From Folioceros fuciformis (Eukaryota), in assembly GCA_049999805.1 (NCBI GenBank), contig JBNGIO010005723.1, forward strand, positions 1 through 64,000: a stretch of DNA of 64,000 nucleotides, written 5' to 3'. The translations under genes and the position numbers were made by a program. The notes beneath the pieces are model-generated. The model saw nothing but the letters and a program-made list of their open reading frames with translations. It was not told the origin of the DNA and did no database searches. Below are positions 1-12,850 of this stretch, piece after piece (the stretch's first letter is position 1; each line of letters starts with the position of its first letter).

Positions 1-430
1 ACACGATCACGATCAAGGGTTGCATGAAAGACTTGACGGTACTCGATCACGATCAAGGGTTGCATGAAAGACTTGACGGTACTCGATCATTCAAGGGTTG
101 CACGAAAGACTTGACGGTACTCGATAACGATCAAGGGTTGCACGAAAGACTTGACGGTACTCGATAACGATCAAGGGTTGCACGAAAGACTTGACGGTAC
201 TCGATCACAATCAAGGGTTGCACGAAAGACTTGACGGTGCTCGACCACGATCAAGGGTTGTACGAAAGACTTGACGATCACGATCAAGGGTTGCACGAAA
301 GACTTGACGGTGCTCGACCACGATCAAGGGTTGCACGAAAGACTTGACGATCACGATCAAGGGTTNNNNNNNNNNCACGATCAAGGGTTGCACGAAAGAC
401 TTGACGATCACGATCAAGGGTTGCACGAAA
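1..430. repeat. Tandem minisatellite, ~40-bp unit (CACGATCAAGGGTTGCACGAAAGACTTGACGGTACTCGAT) with shorter variants; N gap inside
   Basis: About ten near-identical head-to-tail units with no unique spacers; 10-N gap at 366-375; runs off the window start. Confidence 0.95.
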
Positions 431-641
431 TGATCACTTGCACTAGGGATCATCACTTTTATGATACCTTCCAAATTAATTTCTCTCATTTTTAAGATAG
501 TTTGTGAGACATATTTTTTTTTGTAGATGGGACATCCCATCCCTGTAATTTGGTGGCAAAGGTAACCCCGCGATACCCGTCACCACTTTGGTAGGCTCGG
601 AAGAGGGGATGTACCTTAATATTTGCCCAAAAGATTTTCCG

Positions 642-712
642 TGCACCGGCCGGGAATCGAACCCGGGTCTGTACCGTGGCAGGGTACTATTCTACCACTA
701 GACCACCGGTGC
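642..712 (-). tRNA. tRNA-Gly(GCC), nuclear type
   Basis: Reverse complement GCACCGGTGGTCTAGTGGTAGAATAGTACCCTGCCACGGTACAGACCCGGGTTCGATTCCCGGCCGGTGCA: 7-bp acceptor stem, A box, GCC anticodon (678-680), GTTCGATTC T loop, TTTT about 10 nt downstream. Confidence 0.97.
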
Positions 713-1010
713 CCATGTTCACAGCTATGAAAGCTAAAATTTTAATTTTTAACACATTTGAGAGTGGTGTTTGCAGTAGCTATGTCATTCCTCTGTACCG
801 AAGAAGCATTCCAGCACCAGGCCGCCGCAGTCATGTAAGACTCCTCTCTCGGACAATCTCGCCCCTTCGCTACTTACAGACCTCGGCAAGGATTCACTAC
901 TAAGTGTCCGAGAAGAAACCACGGCCCACAATGTAGCACATCTCACCAGCTGCGAGTGCACAGTTTTGCAGCGGTGATTAGCCCTTTTCTCTTCCAATCA
1001 CGAGCCCTGC

Positions 1011-2690
1011 TTGCACCTGAAGGCCATGAAAGTGCCAGTCCCCGCTGGAACTGGTTGCGGCGTGCGCCGCCTGTGGCGGAAGGGAATTTCGGCGGCCGTA
1101 GGAGCGGAATCGAGCAGCAATCGGAGACAGAGATGGCACAGGCTACCCCCGGTCCCGCCCAGCACCTACTTGCTCGCCCAGGAATCCAAGAACCCAGCAG
1201 GCCTGATTACAGCGCTCAGGTGGGCGGCTCTCTGCCGCCCTGCCCTCCCCGAGGATCTCCTGCACAGGCTCTTCCGGGATCGCAAGGTCCGCGTCCTCCA
1301 ACACCATCAGCAGGATGAGGAAATGCGGAAGGTGGCAGGAAACTCAGCAATGCAGGAGGGCGACGTGCTATGCTTCCCCGAGCCGGTGATCCAGAGCTGC
1401 CGCGCCGCCAGGCGCGCAGGCTACGTCCGGGAACGTTCTGGCGCCGCCACGGCAGCCCCCTCCAAGCTCCTGCCCCCGGAGCAGGTGCGGAACAGGCTGC
1501 TATACCAGGACCCGGAGCTTCTGCTGCTGTGCAAGCCCGGGGGCGGGGTGGATGCGGAGCGGGACATGGCGCCGACCCTTCCTGCAAGCTTCCCGCCCTC
1601 GCCCAGCAGCTTCTCCACGCTCCGGAGACCGGCGCTTGTGCAGGGACTGGACCCCGAGGCCACTGGCGTCGTCACCTTCGCTCGAACCGCCCAGGGAGCC
1701 GCCTTCCTGCAATCGGTCCTTTCCGAGAAGGAAGCGGCGGCGGAGGACGTGGATGTGAGCTCGGTGCAGGACACGGTGTCCGGGAAGCACGAGCTGCGGC
1801 GGGCGGGGATAGTGGAGCACGTTCTGCGAAGCTTCCAGCACAACCCGCTGCTGCATCCGTACTGGAGTCTGGAGATGGGGTCCCCGGAGCAGTTGCAATC
1901 TCGGGTTTATGCTCCCCGGTCTTCTTCCGTGCTGGTCACCAACGGGAAGCTTCCCAACAAGATCGTGGTGGCGGATGTGGAGAGGCGCTTCTGGGCGCTG
2001 GTCGTGGGGCATCCGCCCAGCCAGCTGAGCGGGCTCATTTCCGCCCCGCTGCGCAGGATCGAGGATGCTTCCGGGGGCAACGTTTCTGCGATGGTGGCGG
2101 TGGCGGCGCGAAGGGGGCCTGAGACTCACGAGGCGCTCACGGAGTACCGAGTACTTGGGAAGGGGCTGATGGGTTGCACCTGGCTGGAGCTCACGCCACT
2201 CACGGATTGTTTGCACCAGGTGCGGGTACACTGTGCTTCTGTCTTGGGAATGCCCATTGTGGGCGATTACCGTTATGGCTGGCGAGAGCATGTGGGGTGG
2301 CCCAGGAACGGGAGGAAGGAGGTGGAAGAGGAGGATGTTGTGGGGAGAAGGAGAGAGGATGGGGATGTGCTTTCTGAGAAGCCTGGGTTGCATTTGCATT
2401 GCAGGGTAGTTACGCTGCCTAATGTGGATGGCATTTTGTTTTCTTCCACCGTGCCGAGATCTAAGAACTCGGTTACCAGGCCTTTGTCTAACAAGGTAGT
2501 GGAGAGGCTGAAGAGGGTGATCAGGATCACGGCTCCTTTGCCACCACACATGCTGGCGAGTTGGCATTTGAAGCATTTGCCTGATGTGTTTCTCACCAAG
2601 GAGGAGTATCCTGGATGGAGAGGGAGGGGCCCTGAATCCGTGGAGAAGAGGACGAAGAAAAAGAAGAAGAAGAGAGAATATTGGAGATGA
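1011..2690 (+). CDS. RluA-family RNA pseudouridine synthase-like protein, probably organellar, intronless; active-site motifs diverged
   Basis: LLYQDPELLLLCKPGG (motif I), LVQGLDPEATG (HRLD equivalent), RRFWALVVG, ALTEYRVL, LELTPLTDCLHQVRVH, PIVGDYRYG, LHLHC; basic N-terminus. Confidence 0.85.
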   Translation: MHLKAMKVPVPAGTGCGVRRLWRKGISAAVGAESSSNRRQRWHRLPPVPPSTYLLAQESKNPAGLITALRWAALCRPALPEDLLHRLFRDRKVRVLQHHQQDEEMRKVAGNSAMQEGDVLCFPEPVIQSCRAARRAGYVRERSGAATAAPSKLLPPEQVRNRLLYQDPELLLLCKPGGGVDAERDMAPTLPASFPPSPSSFSTLRRPALVQGLDPEATGVVTFARTAQGAAFLQSVLSEKEAAAEDVDVSSVQDTVSGKHELRRAGIVEHVLRSFQHNPLLHPYWSLEMGSPEQLQSRVYAPRSSSVLVTNGKLPNKIVVADVERRFWALVVGHPPSQLSGLISAPLRRIEDASGGNVSAMVAVAARRGPETHEALTEYRVLGKGLMGCTWLELTPLTDCLHQVRVHCASVLGMPIVGDYRYGWREHVGWPRNGRKEVEEEDVVGRRREDGDVLSEKPGLHLHCRVVTLPNVDGILFSSTVPRSKNSVTRPLSNKVVERLKRVIRITAPLPPHMLASWHLKHLPDVFLTKEEYPGWRGRGPESVEKRTKKKKKKREYWR

Positions 2691-2877
2691 AACACGATGG
2701 TAAGATGGGGATGAGGAATAAGAAGTCAGGTGGCACGCAGAATAGAATAAGGAGGAAGAAGGGGCTTCGAAAAGGCAAGCAAGTCGAGACAAATTGCTGC
2801 CAGTGGGCCACTGGCTTAATGAAGACGAGGCCCAACAGTAATCAGACATAACAGCACAGAGGTGAGGTCCCATCTTC

Positions 2878-4560
2878 CTACTGTTTGAAAGGAATGGGAG
2901 TGAGCTGAGAAGATGGAGTGATCATGTCGTCTTTGAGAACTTGGAGAAGGAATTTGCTGACTTTTCCTGGTTTTCCTGCAGGTATTTCAGCATGAAAAAA
3001 CGTGGTTGTGAGCGACTGGTGGGGATGTGTTGCTAAGACTGGGATCGGAAGATTCAAGAGGACTGGAATTGAGGGTAAAGAGATTTCACCGTCTCCGACA
3101 AGTTGGCCATCCCAGCGGGTGACGGGCATGATGAGCACTCCGCTTCCCACCAGCATCATTTCAGGGCACGCTCGTGCCTCTTCCACGGTGATGTTGCCCA
3201 CACGGATGCCAGTGAGAAGGCTGGCACCGTTGGTATCCAAGCCTGCTGCTGACTCCTGACTGCGTTGCTGGGATAGGAAGTCAGTCGCAAGAGCCAGCAT
3301 CCTCTTGGCAGTGCAGCCTGCAAGAACTTTGTCGAAAGAGGGCACCAACAATACTCCAGAGCTATTCACGAATGCCACATTCATGTTGGGGCCCTCGGCT
3401 ATGAAGCCCTCCTCATCCAACCAGATACCAGCCTCCGTGTTACTATCTATGGCCTCCATCTTGGCAAGGGCATTTGGAAGATAGTTCACACTCTTGACTG
3501 TTGCAAACTGGGGTGGCTTAATGGGTACAGAAGTGGTGATCACATCCACTTGCTCCACATGCTTGTCTCTCTCGTCCACCACAATCGCATACAAGGTGGG
3601 TCTTACACACCTTGATGGCGAGAGGAGGAAGTTACCAGGACCAACAGACAGCCAATATCGCAGTAGTCCGTTGCGGGAGTTGGACACCGCAGTGGTCTCG
3701 ATCAGAATGTCCCTTATGGTTGTCCTGTCAAAGGGAAGCGTGATCCTGGCCTTCGCTGCCGACGAGAGAAATCTGTCTAGGTGAGCATCCAGCTCGTACA
3801 GATACCTGCCGCGCGCAGCAAAGGAATTACAAAAAAAATCCACCCACCACACCTTGTAGAAAACACCCCACTTTGCAACCCGGAAGCTGAGCTCACCCAT
3901 CCACGAGGAGAGCCGTATCAAACACGCCGTGGCCACGATGGACCATGTGATCATCTAACGGGATGACCATTGCGGCAGGGTCGGTTGTGATTCCCCCAAT
4001 CCAGCTGGAATACATGGCTTTAAAGGTTTCTCGGGCTTCACCGTGAACATTGCTGGCAAGCTTGGCACAAACCTGCACTCAAACCCCGCTGGACCATGTC
4101 AAAAACCCCAATCAACATAATCGACAAGAACCTCGGGCGACGAGTTTGCCATACTCACCTCAGACAGAGACAGTATCTCTATGCTCCTTCCCTCAGGCGA
4201 CGCCACTTCTTTCTCGTCCTCCGCCGTCTTCTACATGTGGTTGTACAAAACCCACCCAGTCTCAGACCGAAGCTCAGCTTGTTCAAGTTCACGTCACTCA
4301 CACAAGCTGCCACCCCCACTCAAGGTTTCCTTGCCTGGACAACTGCGGGAGATAGCCAGCTGCTTGTTGCACGCACGACTAGACCATGTTGAGGGACTGG
4401 GCATCGAACCATCATCCCGACATTCGCTGCTGCAGCCATGCCCCTTTCCCCTCCAGCCTGAGTCCTCGAGCCTTGCTGTCACAACCCGCAGACAAATGGA
4501 ATTCCGTGAGGAAGGCGACGGATGAACCCACTCATCAGATGGTGCCCAGATATCTTCCAT
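2878..4560 (-). CDS. Class IV PLP aminotransferase, D-amino-acid transaminase / 4-amino-4-deoxychorismate lyase (multi-exon; start approximate)
   Basis: Spliced exons give AMYSSWIGGITTDPAAMVIPLDDHMVHRGHGVFDT, YLYELDAHLDRFL, FATVKSVNYLPNAL, FIAEGPNMN, VLAGCTAKR. Confidence 0.88.
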
Positions 4561-4872
4561 CTGCGCTGCCTTCCACGCGATGCCAAGGACTGTCTGCTCA
4601 CCCGAGGAGGCCGAGGCAGGTGCAGAGACATGTCCACCGCAGGCGCTGCACACTGACAGGTCTCCATTCCTCTCGTACCTGACGACTAAGAGAGACAGTT
4701 ATCGACCATCTCCCACTCGTCTTGACCGGTGCCACCAGCCTCTCTGGATGTACGTGAATCCGTAGGGCTCTAGATATTTCAGGGAGACGGAAATAATACG
4801 GCTTGGGCGACCTCAGGCTTCCCGCACAGGAGATTTGTGCTCTGGCCTGTCGCACAGCTGGGCAATCTCCAC

Positions 4873-5807
4873 ATGGCAGCCTCCGTAGCCCCGTCCCTTA
4901 TCCTGGGACTGGGACGGGCCCGAGGAACTGCTGAGGCGCAATATTGGTGCCCCAACCCCAATCCTTGGAGCCCGCAGTCCGGGGTGAGTTCCGTCGTCTG
5001 ACAAAATCTGAAGGAGAGTTTGGGAGTGTGAAGTCACATCCGGGTTTGGCTGGCTGTGTTTAGAGCAGCAGGAAGAGAACCCAGGTGTGTGGCGTGAACA
5101 AAGGGAGCAGCAGCAACGACAACAGCTGGGACAATGTGGATCAGTCCAGGAGGAGGTTTCTGAAGCTGAGAGGTGAGGAAGGTGAAGGCAAGAGTGGGCT
5201 TGCCGGGGTGGAGGACTGGGGAGAGCCGGTATCGCTTGGGACTGCCATCTTGCCAGAGGATGTGAACCTGGCCAAGCTGCAGGAGCTCCTCTTTCAGGTG
5301 AATGCACTGCCAGGCAGCATTGTAGTTCTTGTTCCCCCAACCATTTCTGAAGAGCTTACGAACGCAGAGTCTATGACACAGCTGTATGCTTACCTGACGC
5401 AGTGGGGCAGCAGTCTAACCCAGACCGCCAACCTGCCACTGCCACTGCCTCTCAAGGTACCTGGAGTTTGGGAAATCGCAGTTGTGTGGTGGACTAGCAT
5501 TGAAAGTATGTGTTCGGCCATGGCCAAGCGTTTGCTGCAGAAACGTGTTGTCACATGATTGTGTTTGCAGGTTGACAAGGTTGCAGGTGGAGTCCGGCTG
5601 GGCTACATCAAGCTGACAGATGGCCTTGTGGAAGATCTGGTGCACATCGACGTGATTGTGGCTCCAGGTGTGGGGGGTGCAAAGCCTACATTTCAAGCCA
5701 GCCGAAACGGGAGGTACAAGGCCCAGGTTCCTCCAGGGGAACCCGTTATCATGCAAAGCCTTTTGCAAGCTCTTCGCAAATCCGTTGTGCTTGCCAAAAA
5801 CACCTGA
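4873..5807 (+). CDS. Conserved plant hypothetical protein, probably plastid-targeted (4 exons)
   Basis: MAASVAP... start; GT-AG introns join LPEDVNLAKLQELLFQ|WGSSLTQTANLPLPLPLK|VDKVAGGVRLGY...PGEPVIMQSLLQALRKSV into one frame. Confidence 0.7.
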
Positions 5808-6799
5808 TCAAACGGGCGTAGAAATGGACAAGTAGGGGTGATGAAGACCTCTACTTCTCATCCTAGGTTGTCCGAATCAGTACGTTTATTCTCAGTACTG
5901 CAAAGCACACTCGTCACGCTGTTCGAGAGATTACACTTCGCTTGGTATCTTCACAAGGGACCTTTCGTGTGTCAGTCTTTGCTCCTTGCGAATCCCCCGT
6001 CGCGTCTCTTCTTAGCGATTGGTCTGTAGTCAAACACAGATGAACATGGGTACTGAAGGCGAAGACATCAACATCTTAAACAACTTGAAGGCAACATGTG
6101 TGGACAAGGTTACGAGGGAACACTGTGCTTTTACGAGCAGCCTAGAAATGGACAGTTGTTTGTAGACCCTTCGAGGACAAAATCGGGTGACGCTCCGCCT
6201 TTTCACGCACATCCGCGCGAAATTCGACACAAGGTTTGCTGGACGCGCGGAAAGGATGGAGTGACCCGTTGAGGGCCATCTGACCCATGGACGCCTGCCT
6301 CATCAGCCTTGCAGGTTTGCCTTGAACTTCTCAAAGATCACAAAGCGTTTTCGGATACGTCATCCGGCACTCAGGATTACCCAGCGAAGTGAGCGTGACC
6401 GGTAGGCATCTCCTGACCACGTTTTGGGCGACGACATCCCTAACGAGACACCGCGGGAGATGCAAACACTCCAGCAGGTGCTCGTAACCTGACGCAGTTT
6501 GTCTTGTCGTTTGCCCTCAGATGTCACAGTTCGTCTCCCCTCTAGGAGCAGCGCGATTCAAGTTTTGCCGCACGTATACGCGTTGGCAGCTATGACATCC
6601 GCCTCTTGCAGAGACCTCTAGAGCTGGCCGATGTGGTGCAGTTGGTCAAAATCTGCAAAGAATGCTCAAAGACAACTGGATGAATAGTGCCGTCGAATCT
6701 CAAGGCGCTTCCGTGACTTCGGCCTCCACTCACTTGTTTGCCCGGCAGGACGCTTGCGTCGTCCTCCTGAAGCTTGGCCCAGTGATCGGAAGTGCTTGA

Positions 6800-9700
6800 C
6801 TAGGAAATCTGGAGCTTTGCACGCAACGTCGTCACAAGGTCCTTGCGAGCCACCTCTACCTCTTGCTTGCCTTGCATGTCCTTGAGCTTCACAATCTTGC
6901 GTTGCAGTTCGGCATCCCCCACCGAAACAACCCACGGGATTCCGTCAGTGTCTGCACGCTTGAACTCGTTAACAATTTTCGCGGGTGCGGTAGCCACGAA
7001 TTCCGTTGCGATGGAGGCGTCCCAAAACTCCTCCGCGATCTTGATCGCTACATCCACCTTGTCCCTCCCGATGGCGATGACAAGCACTTGAGTCTGTTTT
7101 TCACGCACCACCTGCAGCAAGCGACTATCCTGCTTCAGCATGCCCACAAACGTGAAGTGACAAACGGGAGGAAACCGAAGGTCTTTTCCTCCACGTACCT
7201 TTCTCTTGTCTTCTTCCATGATGGCGAACACTCGCTCGATTCCCAAGCTCATCCCTACAGCAGGTACATCCTTGGGGCTGAACATGCCAACCAGCTTGTC
7301 ATACCTACCTCCAGCCGCTATTGAGCCTACCTGCAAAGGAACAAGGAGTCGACTTAAGACGGTAAAGAACTTCTGATATGGAACATGCATAGAATAGAGG
7401 GAGAAGGTACGGGATGACCAGGGAGCAGCTCATCGCGCACCTGAACAGTACCCTTGAAAACCGCCTCAAAAATCACTCCTGTGTAATAGTCCAAGCCTCG
7501 AGCGAGGCTCAGGTCAAACAGAAATCGGTGTAGACATTGTCCAGACAAGTATTTGAAGAGCAAACCCAGCTCGTCCAGAGCAGATTTGGCTCCATCATGC
7601 TGCAAAAAAACACTGCCCTCTTGGACCAACTCAGCCAACAGATCCAGTGGCTTCCCATGTTTTTGCACCAATAGACCAAGTTTGTCTGCTGTCTCTGCCG
7701 TCAGACCCTTCTCCTCTACCATTTCTCTCTGAACTTGCTCCCACGGCAGCTTGTCGAGCTTGTCGATGGCTGAACAAATAGACCTGAATTTCGAAGCAGG
7801 AACTCCACTAACATCGAGCATTGCATCCAGCAATCGTCTATGGTTCAGCTTTATCTGAATCCAACAACAGCGTCGGTCTCTTCTCTTCTCTCTGCTTCCA
7901 TCATTTATGAATACACGAGACAACGTATGAAATGCTTACCACATAGTCGCCGATATCCAGCCCATCCAGGAGCTCAGTCAAAATTTTCAAAACTTCATAG
8001 TCTGGCACCATGGACTGATACTGGCCAGCGATGTCAAAATCGCATTGATAGAACTCTCGAAACCGTCCTTTAGATGGGTTATCTCGCCTGTAAACCTTAG
8101 CTATCTGGTACCGTTTCATACTGCTTGAACCACTTGTTGCCAAATACCGAGCAAATGGCACAGTAAGATCATATCTCAAAGACAACCGCTCTCCACCCTA
8201 CACCTCCCAAAGAATCAGACCACCCTGTAAGAGTTCATATAAAAAACCCACCACAGCAGCAACAAAGAATGCCATTAGGAGACACAAAGACACTCAACTC
8301 ACCTGATCGGCAAGGTCGTATATTAACTTGGAGTCTTCACCGTACTTGCCCATGAGAGTCTCACGAAGTTCAAACACTGGTGTGTCTATCGCTCCAGCAC
8401 CATGCCGCTTGAAAACTGATGTTATAATACTAAATGCGTTGTCTCTGACAGCCATTTGCTTGGGACCAAAATCCCTAGCGCCCTGCAGAAACACATCCAT
8501 CAATTTCAAGCAACTTACATGGCGTATCAAGCAAGCAGTCGTTCCAAACTTGAGATGAGAAGGGGACAGTCCGAGAAGGGGACAGTCCACAAAGGCATTA
8601 CCTTGGCAACCTTGGGAACCCCACGAGATTCATTGCTCTCAACAAGTGCCTTGACTTCGGCAAGAAGAGCTTGCAGCTCCCTATCTTCGGGCCTAAAAAA
8701 CTTCTCCAGGCAATGAGCCCACTCCATCAAACGGTCTCCTGCATCTATATCTGGTTGCAATTGCAATCGTTTTGAAAGAATTCCAGTCAGACCCTGTCGC
8801 ACAAACGCAGTCCCCTTTCCTGTAACAGGCCCTTGGTTACCCTTCTTCTTCTTCTTCTCGCCAATCACTTGTGCTCCTCCTTGACCTAAATCTTTACTCA
8901 GGCTACTCCCATTGCTCTCCACGCCGATCTCTTCACTTTCCTTCTCGCCAAGGACAGAAGCCAGCACTGCCAGCGCAGTTGTTGCCTCGAAGGCCAGACG
9001 ATTCGTTACCCTCGTAGCCTCATCGGGAACATACTGTGATTTTCCATTGGTTGCATCGTTATGAAAGGGAGCTTCGAAACGCGCGAAGTCCGCCGCCAAG
9101 ATATCACGCCCAACTGCAGACCTTCCCTCACTGTTGGACGCGAGCGTCCGCAGATCGCTGGACAAGGCACCAACACTTCTGGCAACCGACAGCGTCGTCG
9201 GAGACCTGCAGCCCCAGTTGATCCTAACAGCCACCACCTCCGAAGCCGACTTGAGCGACTCGCGGAGCCCGCCATGAGCCTCTGGAATGCAGGAAATGAA
9301 TTCCCCAGACGTCGCTCCTTTCCTAGGGTTCACAAGACTAGATCCTGCCAGCAGCGTCCTCAACGCACTAGCAACATCCGCTGCATGCCTCTCGGGAAAC
9401 AGCTCCAATTCGCGGGTATCCGCCTTCAACGCCTCGCAAGAGAGCGCGGCAATGGCATCCGCCAGCACCGGCAAATAGGAGGCCCTGTGCACAAGCAAGG
9501 CAGCCTTTCCCAACGCTGCGGCATTGGATTGCTGGATGTCTTCCAGCTCCTCCTTGGTGACGCCATCAGCCTGCCGGCCGTACAGAGCACGCACAATGGA
9601 CACCAGGTCCGGGTCCCCGTCCTCGCCCCTGGTGAACTCGATCTCGATGTCCTCATTCAACAGTTCCACAAGAAACAGAGGCACCACAGGTCTCAGCTTC

Positions 9701-9978
9701 GTTCCGGCGTTGCCGCTGCGCAGCAGCTTGTTCAGCAGCACAACGAGGCTCGCTCGCACCTCCTTCCTGTCACAATCTCCCTTCCTCTGGAAGACAGGCG
9801 CGATAGCATCCTCGGGCAGCACTGGCGCAGCTGCTCCTGCTCCCTTAGATCCAGGCTTCACGGTCACCAAACCCTCCCGATCTGCAGACCCCAGCTCCAC
9901 CTTTGCCTCGAGGACTGCCACGTTGTATACTGCCTCGAGAGACAGGTCTGCATCCTTGGTGACCAACACGCTCGTCAT
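6800..9978 (-). CDS. Cytosolic histidyl-tRNA synthetase with N-terminal ammonia-lyase-like extension (multi-exon)
   Basis: [85 protein letters not shown], anticodon-binding domain; ~450-aa N-terminal extension as in plant cytosolic HisRS. Confidence 0.95.
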
Positions 9979-10959
9979 CGCTCCTGGGGTCGAAGCGAAA
10001 CAGTCTAACGACTTGTAGGTCGGTCGAATTTCAACAAATCGGTGCCGCCATCCCGTCGCCTACAAGAAAGGGCAATTGAGCTTGCCCTGCATGGAAGTCG
10101 AGCCGAAATGGAAAGGGGAAAGGCAGCTACAGCTTAATTTCCAACGACCTCCAATTGGGCATGGGCATGGCACTGTGGCAGAGGAGGGAAAACCAGTTGC
10201 CGGCTGGAGGAACATGTCGTCATGGTGGAGAAGACGCAGGATATGCTCATCCCTCAGCCATCGCAACGCCTGAAGCAGGCAAAACAAAGGCTCGCTTTCA
10301 TCCAAAGCTTAGCTGCTAGGTCTGTCCCATTCGGTTCAGTCTTAGCGCAGGATCTGCATTTCCGCAATCTGTGTGGGTGAGATTGGATCCGTCACATTGC
10401 GTACTTAGCTGTCTGTGCTCTATCCTGTAAACAGCTCACGAAGAGAGGTCAAGGTACTTGCGAGGCTTTGGCTGAAGCTGGGGTTGAGATGGGAACCATC
10501 AACTTCGAAAAGAATCAAGTAAGATGGAATGGAAGTCTCTTCGGTCACGCTGGCAGGATGAAGCTTATCAGGTTGAGGAGGGATGGGAAGAGTTGCCAGT
10601 TTTCCTGTTTCAGGAATGTGCTCTGAGTAACTTGCATCTAAGCTGGTCGACCCACTTTGCATACAACCTGGATATAATGTGTGCAGGCGTTGATGAATTT
10701 TCAGTAGCTCAACAGTATCAGCAGTTCAACAGAAGGAGCAAGAAGTAGCCATTGACGCGGAGAAGGAAGCAGTTTGCAAAGCGGTAACTGAGGAGAAGCA
10801 GAAGATTGTGAAAAGTGGAGCTGCAGCTGAAGATGTCCCTCAAGCAAGTCGATCAGGTCGTGGATGAGCAACTTGGAATTCCTGTGCAGTATTGGGACAA
10901 TATAGTAACTGTCGAAGAACATTCACTACTACCGAGGTGCAGAGCGAATGGGTTGTGTC

Positions 10960-11650
10960 AAATCCAGCTCTACTCGGCCAGCGCGAGCATTGGCATCAAG
11001 CATGCGCACGCCTGGGCACTCCAGCTTTGGAAGGAAAAGTGCCTTCGCCTACAAGTCGGAGAACTTGGACACTGAGCTGATGTATTTGTAGCCAGCAGTT
11101 TGGTCGACATGTATGCAAAAATGCGGCAGCTTGGAGGACGCTCAGGGATAGTTTTTGAGCCTTGGTCAAAGCAATGTGGTGACAGCTCTATGTAATTGCA
11201 GGGTATTCCCAGCAATTGGAGCTGCTAGCTTTTGCATGTGGGAAGGGAGCTTCATTCTTTGATTGAAGAACAGGGAAGCCTATTCCTTGTTCAATCTGAT
11301 AGCTGGCACTTTGACGAACATGTACGGCAAGCGTGGAAGAATGGTGGATGCACACTAGCTATTTTGATGCATTGTTAGGAAGAGACGTTGTCACATGGAG
11401 TACGCCGATTGCAGGCTACACCTGTCACGGAGACATTGAAGCGGTCTTTGAGTCGGTGAGCAAATGAGAGAGGATGGCATACAACTAGCCAGCATGCCAT
11501 TGTTTGTCAGTGTGCTAACAGCATGCAGCCATTTGGGTCCCGTGAACCAGGGGATAGGGTTATTAGGGCCATGAGCAGAGATCTTTGCATCATTCTCACA
11601 ATGGGCACCACTCATGCAAGCTGGATCTGTTGGGCCGTGGGACATCACCA
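10960..11650 (+). pseudogene. Degenerate PLS-PPR gene remnant
   Basis: Broken motifs GH*ADVFVASSLVDMYAK/CGSLEDAQ, NMYGKRGRMVDA, RDVVTWSTPIAGY, VSVLTACSHLG with stops and frameshifts; boundaries approximate. Confidence 0.8.
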
Positions 11651-12219
11651 CATTTGCGGCAGCATCTCTCCTGCCTAGCTTCACTGCTTCATCAGAGGCG
11701 TCCCACCTCCAGGCTGCTCCACTTTCATTCTGAGAACTAGCTGACAGCCTGTTCACTGAGGGATGTGATGCTGCATACAGTCCTCCCTCATTTTGAGAAC
11801 TAGCTCGTTGAAAGACCTGAAAGGTCCGAGGTCTGTCGAGGAGCTTCTGTCTCAAGCAGCCATGGCTGCCCACAACGGGGTAACACAGAAGAGAAGACTG
11901 ACACTGAAAATGGGGGCGAGAGACATGTCGGTCGTTGAAAAGACGGGGAAACCATACATGGAACGATAGATAAAAGGAAGAAAGGTAGAATTATAAGTGA
12001 TAATGTCTTTCATAAAATTACAAACAGGGAAACAGTTGAAACGTTTCTACTACACATAATTCGTGAACAGTGTGTCTACTAGAGAGAGGCACCGGTTGGT
12101 TGATTTCGTGTGAACTTTGAATATTGCTTTTTCTACATTGATCGCAGCTAGCACCTCGGGTGCATTATCTGTAACACGAGGTCCAAGGCCAGTAAAATGA
12201 AGGAGCCCACATGACCTCA

Positions 12220-12850
12220 CCGCGCCTTGTGCCTCCTCCACTTGGCCTGCACGACTGACGAAGTCCACCAGTCAAGTGTAGTTCTTCGAGAGTGGTCCCC
12301 CTTTGTCCACACCAACCCTGTCACAGAGAATCGTGCATCCCTAATGAGAGGATGCCACACTAGCACATGTGGGATATCGTGCAATCAGAGTGGTCCAGGT
12401 TACCCCAATTTCTTGACCGAGCCTGCACATTCCACCTTGCATCTTCTAGGCCGCCGGACAGCACATTTGTGGGAATATCCCGCAACAAGAATAGTCCAAA
12501 TCACTTGGTTTTCACCAAGCCTTCACACACATTTCGTGGATCCTCTGTAACCTGCCACTCCTCCCGGACTGTTTGTCTACTGTGACTGCTGCCCTGGCCA
12601 CATCCACATCACTTCAATTCCTTGCCCTCGCAGCTTTGCGTAGCTGTTGCCCCTTTTCCAAAAGCTAGGGGGCCCACACTTGCACATGCGATGCCTGTTG
12701 CACTGCGGCACTGCTGAACTGCCACAAGCTGCAAGAGGCTCACAATAATGTCGTAGTACAGTTTGCAACCATGCCGTCTTCTTGCACAACTCTGTACACA
12801 GCAGCGGCTTCCTCCCCACTGGCGTGCCTTGCTGGCTGGGAGTAGCCCCA
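12220..12850 (-). pseudogene. Degenerate PLS-PPR gene remnant on the opposite strand
   Basis: Fragments GEEAAAVYRVVQEDGMVAN, ACASVGPLA, VIWTILVAGYSH, GGLEDAR, VTWTTLIARY, YT*LVDFVSRAGQVEEA; boundaries approximate. Confidence 0.75.

Noticed and set aside
1-430. CRISPR-like array
   Set aside because: Units are contiguous with no unique spacers, there are no cas genes, and the context is eukaryotic
1500-2873. 457-aa minus-strand ORF
   Set aside because: Antisense shadow of the GC-rich pseudouridine synthase gene with no recognisable motifs
6030-6790. Small gene between the hypothetical gene and HisRS
   Set aside because: Splice-like signals are present but no coherent or recognisable reading frame
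8600-9978. Ammonia-lyase-like domain fused to HisRS as a novelty
   Set aside because: Already known for plant cytosolic HisRS
9061-10008. 315-aa plus-strand ORF
   Set aside because: Antisense to HisRS exon 1
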